From positions 1 through 29,644 of the forward strand of contig JBHHXT010000046.1 in NCBI GenBank assembly GCA_046757165.1: a stretch of DNA of 29,644 nt, read 5' to 3'. The position numbers were made by a program, and so were the translations under genes. The notes under the pieces are model-generated. The model saw only the letters and a list, made by a program, of their open reading frames with translations, was not told the DNA's origin and made no database searches. The stretch comes from a bacterium (GTDB lineage: Bacteria; Zhuqueibacterota; Zhuqueibacteria; Oceanimicrobiales; Oceanimicrobiaceae). Below are positions 17,106 through 26,000 of the stretch, piece after piece (the stretch's first letter is position 1; the number at the start of each line of letters is the position of its first letter).

Positions 17106-17456
17106 CTACTCAGCCGGCTCAATCGTGGCCGACATCGATCCTTTGCAGTGGGGGATGCGCCAATCGGGGCCGTAGGCGTGAATCTGGTCTTGCTTGAGCT
17201 CGGCGCGCTCCTTTGTGGTGGTGTCAACGATGACGCGACCGCGGCCATCCACCTCACAGGCCATGCGGAAGGCGGTTTGCTGGCTGTGCCTGAAAATCTG
17301 CACCAGCATTTCGATGACATAGTCATACGTATGGTCGTCGTCATCGAGCAGGATGACGTGGTAGCGCGGGATGTTCAGGAGACGCTTCTTAGACCGTTTA
17401 CGGGTCTGCTGCTCGACATCCGGAAAGGTGGTCACTTCAGAATCGAACGCTGTCAT
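17106..17456 (-). CDS. clpS: ATP-dependent Clp protease adaptor ClpS (variant)
   Basis: PRYHVILLDDDDHTYDYVIEML..IF..A...EVD..GRVIV..ERAE..IEPAE. Confidence 0.88.
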   Translation of the reverse strand: MTAFDSEVTTFPDVEQQTRKRSKKRLLNIPRYHVILLDDDDHTYDYVIEMLVQIFRHSQQTAFRMACEVDGRGRVIVDTTTKERAELKQDQIHAYGPDWRIPHCKGSMSATIEPAE

Positions 17457-17465
17457 AACATTCGC

Positions 17466-17537
17466 AATATAGTTGGCAGGAAGTGAAAAATCAAGTCTAA
17501 CTTTTTGCTTGACTTTTTAGCGATTAATGCCTAATAT
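17466..17537. promoter_or_regulatory. Back-to-back divergent sigma70 promoters (clpS and rhomboid)
   Basis: Minus strand: TTGATT (17489-17494)-N17-TATATT (17466-17471). Plus strand: TTGACT (17509-17514)-N17-TAATAT (17532-17537). Confidence 0.55.
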
Positions 17538-17749
17538 GAAATTATGTGAAAGGGCGTTTTCGATGCAGGATTTAGATTTTTGCCCTACCTGTCGATACCA
17601 CAACTAAGCCTTGCGCGCTTGCAACTCGATTCCGCCAATGTCTGCTATTAGAGTATTTCAATTCTAAACAATAGGGAATTTGTCCGGTCTTTGCCTGGTT
17701 GATCTAAGATATCGTGACACTCATTTTCATGTTTTGGGTATGGTGCTGA

Positions 17750-18589
17750 ATGGCGTATTATGAAAGAACATATCGCATTGGCTTCGGTGGTGGCCTGACG
17801 ACCGCAATCAAATATCTGTTGATAACGAACGTGGCGGTGTTTTTCTTGGGACTCGTCGTCTCCAAGGAGTTCCTGTTTCACTGGTTTGGCATGACACCCA
17901 GCACAGTGTTTTCGCAATTGCATTTCTGGCAGTTCTTCACCTATTTGTTCCTGCATGACGGTCCCTGGCACCTTATTTTCAACATGTTTTTCCTCTGGAT
18001 GTTCGGCTGTGAGGTAGAACGGGTGTTAGGCACCCGTGAGTTTCTCAAGTACTATGTTGTTTGTGGGCTTGGGGGTGCGCTCGTCCATTTGCTGATTCAT
18101 CTTAATTCCGGTGTCCCTGTCGTGGGGGCCTCTGGCGCCATTTTTGGCGTGATGGCGGCATTCGCTATTCTGTTTCCAGACCGAGTCATCACTCTCCTCT
18201 TGTTCCTGGTTCTTCCGGTACAAATCAAAGCAAAATACCTTGTGATGGTCTTCGCCGGGATTGCCTTGCTGGTGGGGATGACGGGGCTGTTTGGCACCAG
18301 CGACGGTGTTGCGCATTTTGCCCACCTGGGGGGAATGGTTGCCGGGTTCATCTATTTGAAATTAGACTGGCGTCTGAACCATGTTGGAAATTGGCTCAGA
18401 CAGCAACGTGAGTCTCGCAAAGCAGTCCAGACGCTGAAACGACACCAGGCGATGCAGCGCATCCGGGAGCGCGTCGATGAAATCCTGGACAAAATCAACG
18501 AAGTCGGCTACGATAGATTGGACGAAGAAGAAAAGAGAATCTTGCAGGAAGCCAGCCAGAAGTTTAGCGAAGAAAAGGAGCCAGAGTAA
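17750..18589 (+). CDS. Rhomboid-family intramembrane serine protease with a C-terminal DUF6576-like tail
   Basis: WQFFTYLFLH, HLIFNM, GASG catalytic Ser, AHLGG catalytic His; tail VDEILDKINEVGYDRL..EEK..L. Confidence 0.92.
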   Translation: MAYYERTYRIGFGGGLTTAIKYLLITNVAVFFLGLVVSKEFLFHWFGMTPSTVFSQLHFWQFFTYLFLHDGPWHLIFNMFFLWMFGCEVERVLGTREFLKYYVVCGLGGALVHLLIHLNSGVPVVGASGAIFGVMAAFAILFPDRVITLLLFLVLPVQIKAKYLVMVFAGIALLVGMTGLFGTSDGVAHFAHLGGMVAGFIYLKLDWRLNHVGNWLRQQRESRKAVQTLKRHQAMQRIRERVDEILDKINEVGYDRLDEEEKRILQEASQKFSEEKEPE

Positions 18590-18625
18590 CTCGTCAGCTC
18601 AAATGGAAGCCCTGTATGCGAGACT

Positions 18626-20125
18626 ATGGAGGGATCGTACAACACGCTGAAACGTAGACTTTACCCCGTCATTATTTTTACCCTACTTTTGTCCCCGCTA
18701 TCTTATGCACAGACCCCTGACTGGGAAAGGGATATTCGATTAAAGGCGCGCAAGATAGATGGGGATTTTTATTATGTTGCGCTCCAGGAGATCGCCGAGA
18801 GTTTGAACGCGCATACCTATTACAGCAACAAAGTCAGAAAAGCGGTCCTGTACCTCGGAGAGACCCGAGTCATCGTGACCGCCTTCAACCCGTTTGTCCT
18901 GCTCGAGTCGCAAGTCCTGCAAATGCCTGTGGCTACACGTTATGACGACGGTGATATCCTGGTACCGGTGAAATTTTTCGTTCCAATTCTAAAACGCGCT
19001 CTGCATGCGACTGAACGCGCCAATGACGAGGTGAGGAGCGACCTGGGTGCAGGGGTGAATATCCTCGGCGTTCAAGTTGAAACGAAGGCAAACGGAACCT
19101 TGATTCGTGTCAAAACCCGGGAAGAGTTCAACGAGTCCAGCATCAGCACACGCTATAGCGGGAATTGGCTCTACGTGGATATTCTTGGTGGCAGAATAGA
19201 TCCGACAAGTTTTGCCACGCAGATCGCCTCCGATGACGTTCGCGACATCGTGCCTGTCCAACTGGAGGAAATGGTACAACTCTCTTTTCAGCTCAATCGC
19301 AGCGTCATGGAAAAGAGCATTCACGTCAGCCAACAGGGCAACGAAATCCTGATATCCATTCCATCGCACGAAGGTTTGAGCGCGGATGTGCTGAAAAAGC
19401 TGCACGATGTGCAGGCGAAATGGCGAATAGACAGAATCATCATCGACCCTGGCCACGGCGGCCGCGACCCCGGCACGACCGGCCCCCGGGGCACACATGA
19501 GAAAGACATCGTGCTGGCCGTCGCCAAGAAACTAAAGCGTCTCCTGGAACGAAGGCTGGGCGTTGAGGTTTTGATGACACGGCAGACGGATAAATATGTT
19601 TCGCTCAAGGAGAGGACTCAGTTTGCGAACAAGAATCGAGGGAAGATTTTCATCAGTATTCATGCCAACTGGAACCGCAACCGAAACGTTCGGGGCACGA
19701 CGACCTACTTCCTGGGTCTGGCCAAGTCCGAGGAGTCACTGGAAATCGCACAACGTGAGAATGCCGTCATCAAGTATGATGATGGCCCCTCCAGCTATGG
19801 CCAACTCACCGATGAAAAAATCATCCTGGCCACCATGGCGCAGAACTCCTATAATAAAGAAAGCCAGGATTTTGCTGCCATGATTCAAGGGCAAATCAGC
19901 CGAAAAACGGGGCTGCAAAACCGGGGCGTCAAGCAGGCCGGGTTTTATGTCATGGTGGGCGCCTCTATGCCCAACGTCCTGGTGGAAACCGCTTTCATGT
20001 CCAACAAGCGGGAAGAAAAACTGTTGAACACGGCCTCGTTCCAGGAGAAAGTCGCACGCGGCATTTTCGAGAGCGTGAAGAAGTTCAAGGAGAAGTACGA
20101 GGAACCCATCAGGAGGAGCCACTAG
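18626..20125 (+). CDS. N-acetylmuramoyl-L-alanine amidase (Amidase_3, AmiC-like)
   Basis: Signal peptide; DPGHGG, EK, SIHAN and VETAF zinc/catalytic motifs; AmiB/C-like regulatory helix region A.REN. Confidence 0.92.
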   Translation: MEGSYNTLKRRLYPVIIFTLLLSPLSYAQTPDWERDIRLKARKIDGDFYYVALQEIAESLNAHTYYSNKVRKAVLYLGETRVIVTAFNPFVLLESQVLQMPVATRYDDGDILVPVKFFVPILKRALHATERANDEVRSDLGAGVNILGVQVETKANGTLIRVKTREEFNESSISTRYSGNWLYVDILGGRIDPTSFATQIASDDVRDIVPVQLEEMVQLSFQLNRSVMEKSIHVSQQGNEILISIPSHEGLSADVLKKLHDVQAKWRIDRIIIDPGHGGRDPGTTGPRGTHEKDIVLAVAKKLKRLLERRLGVEVLMTRQTDKYVSLKERTQFANKNRGKIFISIHANWNRNRNVRGTTTYFLGLAKSEESLEIAQRENAVIKYDDGPSSYGQLTDEKIILATMAQNSYNKESQDFAAMIQGQISRKTGLQNRGVKQAGFYVMVGASMPNVLVETAFMSNKREEKLLNTASFQEKVARGIFESVKKFKEKYEEPIRRSH

Positions 20126-20522
20126 AAACCGGTCGGAAAATGGCGGTCTGTCATTCCGGCCTTGTGCCGAAATCTCCTCGCAGGCGCTCGCGCTCGCCGA
20201 CTAGATCGAAGAATTCAAAGAGCTCCTGAAGCACCGCGCTATTCGTTACCCCGACCGCTCGGGGCTGGAGCGCCATCCAACATAACCCAATTATCAAAGA
20301 GCTGTTATGGCTCGGTGTACGGCCAAAGACATGGCTTCAAACGCGACTCTGGGCGTCTGTATGCAAAAGGAGAAGCAGACTCGGTCCCAAGACGAACGGG
20401 TTGGCGCCATGGTGTTTTCGTGGCCCTGGTCCTATCGAGAGAGAAAACTCCTCGTGTCTATCTCTTACTTAGTGATTGACCGAAAACGCCGTCGCTGTCA
20501 TTTCGACCAACGGGAGAAATCT
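20123..20522 (+). repeat. Two degenerate 53-bp direct repeat units (TAG...GAAAA...CTGTCATT.CG.CC...GAAATCT)
   Basis: 20123-20175 and 20470-20522 align without gaps at 30 of 53 positions by hand count. Confidence 0.55.
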
Positions 20523-20604
20523 GTCAATGCACAGACTAATTGCCTTTAAGGTTTTGTTTTTTAATGTCCAAATCAAACACTACTTAGCAAAGGAGTGTCA
20601 AATC

Positions 20605-21648
20605 ATGAACAACAGAACCTATGCACATAAAAACACGGCCAGACTCCTGGCCATTGTGTTCCTGATCACCGGGGCCAGCTTAGTGGGGACGGCCACCGGG
20701 GACGAGCGTGCTGACTCGAAACTCGAGCAGGCGGCGGCCCTTTACCGGAAGGCCCATTTTGATGAAGCCATTCAACTGCTGCAGGAGCTGGCTGCGGATG
20801 CGACGCTGCCAAAACAGCAACAAACCGAGGTCTGGAAGTTCCTGAGCCGGACGTACTATGCGAAGCATCTTCATGACCAGGCCAGAAACGCCATCTCGAA
20901 GCTGCTGGAACTCGAGCCTCCCCTGATCACGCTCGACCCGGACCGTGAGCCGCCTCCTTTGATGGATATGTACTACGAAGTACGCAAAGAAAAAAACAAA
21001 GGCTCGCGCGTCATCGAACAACCCGACCCTGGCATCAAGACCATGGCCATTCTGGATTTCAAGAACCGCTCACCCGATGACAAAGAACGGTTTGACCCGA
21101 TGGAGCAGGGCTTCGCCGACCTGATGATCCACCAGCTCAATGGCTCGACACGATTGGTCGTGGTGGAGCGGGAGCGCATCCAGTGGATCCTGAAGGAAAT
21201 CGAGCTCGAAAACGAACCGGACAGATTCGATCCAGACATGGCGGTTCGCATCGGCAAGCAGCTCGGGGTTCATATCGTGCTCTTTGGCAGCTTTATCAAT
21301 CTCAACAACCAGATGTGGCTTGGCGCCCGTCTGGTCAAGGTCGAAACCAGCGAAGTTCTCCTGACCGACAGCGTCAGGGGAAAAACCGATAAGTTCTTCG
21401 ATTTGACCAGCAGGCTGGGCAGGAAGATCAGCAAGAAAATCGAGGTCGAAATCTCCAGCAGTTCCCGGCAAGAGGAGGGCGAAACGGAATCGCTCGACGC
21501 GGTGCTGCTCTACTCGCAAGGTCTGAGATTTCTCGAAGATGGCGATTACCAAAAAGCGTATCAAAAGTTCCAGGACGCATTGAAACGCGATCCGGACTAC
21601 GACAAAGCAAGAAAACGGGCGGAGAGTATCAAGCCGTTACTCGGTTAA
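20605..21648 (+). CDS. Exported TPR + CsgG/FlgO/TolB-N-like domain + TPR protein
   Basis: AAGGAG RBS before ATG 20605; signal peptide; TPR helices; MAILDFKN..VVERERIQWILKE..AVRIGKQLG..FGS..ARLVKVETSEVL; C-terminal TPR ending DPDY. Confidence 0.8.
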   Translation: MNNRTYAHKNTARLLAIVFLITGASLVGTATGDERADSKLEQAAALYRKAHFDEAIQLLQELAADATLPKQQQTEVWKFLSRTYYAKHLHDQARNAISKLLELEPPLITLDPDREPPPLMDMYYEVRKEKNKGSRVIEQPDPGIKTMAILDFKNRSPDDKERFDPMEQGFADLMIHQLNGSTRLVVVERERIQWILKEIELENEPDRFDPDMAVRIGKQLGVHIVLFGSFINLNNQMWLGARLVKVETSEVLLTDSVRGKTDKFFDLTSRLGRKISKKIEVEISSSSRQEEGETESLDAVLLYSQGLRFLEDGDYQKAYQKFQDALKRDPDYDKARKRAESIKPLLG

Positions 21649-21673
21649 CCAAACAGTCGTGGCAGTCATAGTC

Positions 21674-23002
21674 ATGAAACACCCTCAAAATATCTTCACC
21701 TTCCTTCTGCTGCTGCTCTCTCTCGGCAGCTTCAATTGCAATGCAACATTGTACCGGGAGCGTGGCAAGGACTACCGGGCAGAGCTGAGGAGGGTGCAAA
21801 ACAAACTCAGGGCCAATCCTGGCGACGAGCAAGCCTTGCAGGAATTTGGCGTCCTCTTGTTCAAGACCCAGCAGTATACTACCGCTTTCAAGGTTCTTTC
21901 GAAGATAAACGAGCGCACGCCGCAGAACGGGAGAACGTTGTTTTATCTGGGGATGACCCTGGAAGCTCTGAACAAACTCGATGCGGCCCACAAAGTCTAT
22001 GGTAACTTCAGCACCGTGGCGCGCTCGGATGAATTCCGAAAACTGCTGCAAGGACGCTACCACAAGCTCACGCGCGATCTCGTCCGTCAGGACATACGAA
22101 CGCTGGTTGAAAAAGAAAAACGATTGGTCGCCCAGAAGGGCGGAGCCGTGGGCGACATGCCGGTGTCTTCCAATACGGTCGCGGTCTTTCCCTTGTTCTA
22201 CTATGGCACGGATGAAAAATACGCCGCGCTCGGCCATGGCCTGAGCGAAATGATCTTGATCGATCTAGGAAAAGTCAGCAGCTTGCGCGTGGTCGAGAGA
22301 ATCCGGCTGGAGGAGCTACTGCGGGAGCTCGACCTGACGCGATCGAATCTGTTCGACAAGCGCACCCTGCCGCGCTATGGCAGAATCCTGGGTGCGGGCC
22401 GCTTCATCAGCGGCGCCTATACGGTGACAGGCGGGAAACGGTTACGACTCGATATCACCTCCTGGGATTTCGTAAAACAAGCGTTCCCTGCCCCCCGGGC
22501 CAGACAAGACGTGCTCCGGAATCTGTACTACCTGCAAAAAGATATCGTCTTCGAGCTCATCGAAGATCTCGGTGTGGAGCTTACCGGTGTCGAGCGAGAG
22601 CAGATCCAGCGCATCCCCACGAAGAATCTCCAGGCGCTGCTCGCCTTTTCCAGAGGGTTGGAGTTAGAGGAAGCGGGCCGTTTTGTTGCAGCCGCAAGGT
22701 TGTATCAGCAGGCGGCGAAGCTCGATCCTGACTTCGAGCTGGCCAGCCAAAAGGCGGAGGCCGCCGAGTCGCTGAGCGTTGCCGGGAGCAGCCGGGCCGA
22801 CGCCATCGCAAAAGCAGATGAAATTGAACGCGGAGGTGGCGACGCGAAGGTGGATTTGCTCGGCAACCGCCTGCAAACCCTCGGTGCCAGCGTTGGCTCG
22901 AATTTTGTTCCCGGGCAGGATAACCGGGAAATCGGCGAGCTGCTCGAGACACCAATACCGGATCCACCGCCACCGCCACCACCGGCACCGGATGACCAAT
23001 GA
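21674..23002 (+). CDS. Exported (possibly lipoprotein) TPR + CsgG/FlgO-like + TPR protein with a poly-Pro tail
   Basis: Hydrophobic N-terminus ending in Cys (atypical lipobox); TPRs; VAVFPL..GLSEMILIDL..LRVVERIRLEELLRE..GRILGA..SG; LDPDF; C-terminal PPPPPPP. Alternative start GTG 21659. Confidence 0.8.
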   Translation: MKHPQNIFTFLLLLLSLGSFNCNATLYRERGKDYRAELRRVQNKLRANPGDEQALQEFGVLLFKTQQYTTAFKVLSKINERTPQNGRTLFYLGMTLEALNKLDAAHKVYGNFSTVARSDEFRKLLQGRYHKLTRDLVRQDIRTLVEKEKRLVAQKGGAVGDMPVSSNTVAVFPLFYYGTDEKYAALGHGLSEMILIDLGKVSSLRVVERIRLEELLRELDLTRSNLFDKRTLPRYGRILGAGRFISGAYTVTGGKRLRLDITSWDFVKQAFPAPRARQDVLRNLYYLQKDIVFELIEDLGVELTGVEREQIQRIPTKNLQALLAFSRGLELEEAGRFVAAARLYQQAAKLDPDFELASQKAEAAESLSVAGSSRADAIAKADEIERGGGDAKVDLLGNRLQTLGASVGSNFVPGQDNREIGELLETPIPDPPPPPPPAPDDQ

Positions 23003-26000
23003 CCATGACAGACAAAAAACATTTACCCGCGAAAAACGCGCTGAAGGGCGACAGGGCGCGTTTGCGCCTCATCGCCGGACTCAGTTTATGCGGCAGCTTT
23101 CTTCACTCGCTTGTCGTCAACACCTCCCCTGCCTTCGCTCAGGAGCCGCAATTCCGGCGTGAGATCGCACCTTTTGCAGTTCTCAGAAACGGCGAACTGG
23201 TACAGAGCGCTTTCGGCGGCGGGCTGAGTGAATCCAAACCGGTGCTGGCAGACATCGATGCCGACGGCGACCTGGATCTGTTCGTGGGCGAGGCGGATGG
23301 CACCGTCGATTTTTACCGCAATACCGGCAGTCAGGCCACTTTTGCCTTCACCTTTGAATCGGATTCAATCGCTGCCATCCCTGTTGGTCTGGGAGAGGCG
23401 GCGCCAGCGCTGGCAGATTTCGATGCCGACGGCGACCTGGACCTGTTCATCGGCACGGGGAGTCCGTTTGGCAGCGCAGGACAGATTGTCTTTTATCTCA
23501 ACGCCGGAACGCCAACAGAGCCATCATTTGTGTTCGTGACAGATTCCCTGGCAGGGGTAGATGTGCGTGAAGGGGCCACGCCGACGTTTGTGGACATCGA
23601 CGCCGACGGTGACCTGGACCTGTTCGTCGGCGAATTTTTTGGCAATATCAATTTCTACAGAAACGTCGGAACGGCCAGCAAACCGGTTCTTGTTCTGGAG
23701 ACGGAGACATTTGCCGGGATCGATGTCGGAACTTATAGCGTCCCGACCTTTGCTGATATCGACGCCGACGGTGATCTGGATCTGTTTATCGGGAAGTTTA
23801 GCGGCATCAGCTTTTACGAAAATGTCTCGGTCGACACGCTCGCGTTTCTGCTCGTCACCGATACCTTCGCCGGCATCGATGTCGGCCGCCTGACCGCGCC
23901 ATTCTTCGACGACCTCGATGGCGACGGCGACCTGGACTTGCTGGTGGGCGAAGGCGGCTTCTTTGAAGATGGCAATATCAACTTCTTTCGCAACGTCGGG
24001 ATCAGGTCACAACCGTCGTTTGTGCAGGAGACCAACACCTTCGTTGGCATCGATGTGGGTGACTTCAATGCGCCCACCCTGGCCGACATCGACCTGGACG
24101 GCGATCTTGATCTGATCATGGGGGACCGCCGGGGGGATCTGACTTTCTACCGCAATATCGGAACGCCGGACAATCCGATTTTTTCCTTCGACGCCAATAC
24201 GTTTTCATCCATTGCCGCGCAGGAGGAGAGCACGCCCGTCTTTGCGGACCTCGACAATGATGGCGACCTCGACCTGGTCATGGGTGAATTTCAGGTTGAA
24301 AGTTCCACCAGCAACGTCTCGTTTTACCGCAATGACGGCCCGACGACCAATCCGCGCTTTGCCCTCATCAGCACACGTCTGCTGCCAGTGGACGTGGGGA
24401 ACCCAACCGCGCCTTATTTGACAGACATCGATGGCGATCTGGATTCGGACTTGTTCATCGGCGACGGCAACGGAGTCATCAGTTTCTTTCGCAACACCGG
24501 CTCGGTCGATCAGCTCGATTTCAGCACGGATACGTTGGCAGGGCTTTCGTCGATCGCGGCGGAGGGCTCAATTGCCCCGACGTTATCCGATATCGACTTT
24601 GATGGCGACCTGGACCTGTTTGTTGGCAATGTGCAGGGCAGGATAAGCTTTTACCGCAACACAGGCTCGCAAACCGCTCCCGTTTTCACGCTACAAACAA
24701 GCGCCCTTGGGGAGATCGACGCCGGGCTGCAGAGCAAGCCAATCTTAGTGGACATAGACAACGACAGGGATCAGGACTTGTTCATCGGAGAGCGCTCGGG
24801 CGGCCTTCATTTCTACCGCAACGTTTCCGCGCCTAGGGTGCGCGTTCCGGTAACGGACGTATCCTTTGGCAGAGTCCATGTCGATAGCACAGTCGAACAA
24901 GCGCTAACCCTGTTCAACGACGGCCCTGGTTTACTCAGAGTCTTGAATATCACATCCGATAATCCCCGGTTCACCCCGTTACCGACCACCTTCGACATCA
25001 CGCCCGGCGATTCGAGCGCGGTGACATTGACCTTTACCCCTGCTGACTCCGGGCAGCAGACCGGCGCCCTCGTCATTTCGAGCGACGATCCCGACCAGGA
25101 TATCGTGATCGTCACCCTGGCCGGCGTCGGGACCATCCGGCGACTGTCGGTGCAGCCCGACACGTTGCGTTTCGGCAACGTGCTGCTCGGACTTTCCGAA
25201 AGTCTGGTTGTGGTTTTGACCAACACCGGCAATGAGCCCGCGACCATCACGAGCCTTTCACCGCTTACAGATGACTTCCTGCTCCTCGACCCGCCGGCGC
25301 CCCCCTTTGCGCTCAGCGCCGGGCGGGATACCACCCTCGCGGTGCAATTCCGCCCGACAGCGACAGGTGACAGGAGCGATACGTTGCGAATCGGCAACGA
25401 TTCCGATAACACCGGGCCGGTGAAAAACGTGGTCTTGTCCGGCACCGGCGAGGTGGTCGACCTGGTCGTCAGGCCAACAGCCCATGATTTCGGCGCAGTC
25501 ACGGTCGGGTTGCAAACGGTCGTGGACATCGTCATTCAGAATCAGGGCACGGTCGAGCTGCAGGTGGACTCGACGGCGATCATCGGCGTGGACGCTTTGG
25601 AGTTCGCCATCGAAAGTGGTGGTGCGCCGTTTACTGTCCCAGAGGGGGATAGTCACACGGTTGCCGTCAGTTTTTCTCCGCGCTCCTCCGGCCCCAAGAG
25701 TGCTGCTCTGAATATTCAGTGCCCGATTCCCGCAAAAGACCCCGTCGATGTCCCGCTCACCGGCACTGGAATTTCACTCGCAACGCGGGCGCCAACATCC
25801 GTGACCAGCAGCAGGGACATTCCGATTCGTGTGACCTTGCCACCAAATGTTGGGTTTGACCGCATGCAGCTTTTCTTCCGCAAGGGAGGGCAGCGCCACT
25901 ATCAATCGACCGATTTGGTTCAAGACGGCACCGATTTCCTCGGCACGATTCCGGCTGATTCTGTCGGAATTCGTGGCATTGAATATTATCTCGAGCTTGC

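Noticed and set aside
17055..17486. 143-aa plus-strand ORF
   Set aside because: Antisense shadow of clpS.
20205..20285. Peptide IEEFKELLKHRAIRYPDR resembling an IS200 TnpA C-terminus
   Set aside because: Too short and divergent to support without a search.
20476..20604. Longer N-terminus for the first CsgG-like protein
   Set aside because: It starts inside a repeat; the strong RBS and signal peptide fit ATG 20605.
20605..23002. Curli biogenesis operon
   Set aside because: No csgA/B/E/F; the CsgG-like domains are embedded between TPRs.
23230..24820. Regularly spaced DNA repeats suggesting a CRISPR array or DGR
   Set aside because: They are in-frame FG-GAP-like protein repeats with synonymous variation; no cas or reverse transcriptase gene is present.
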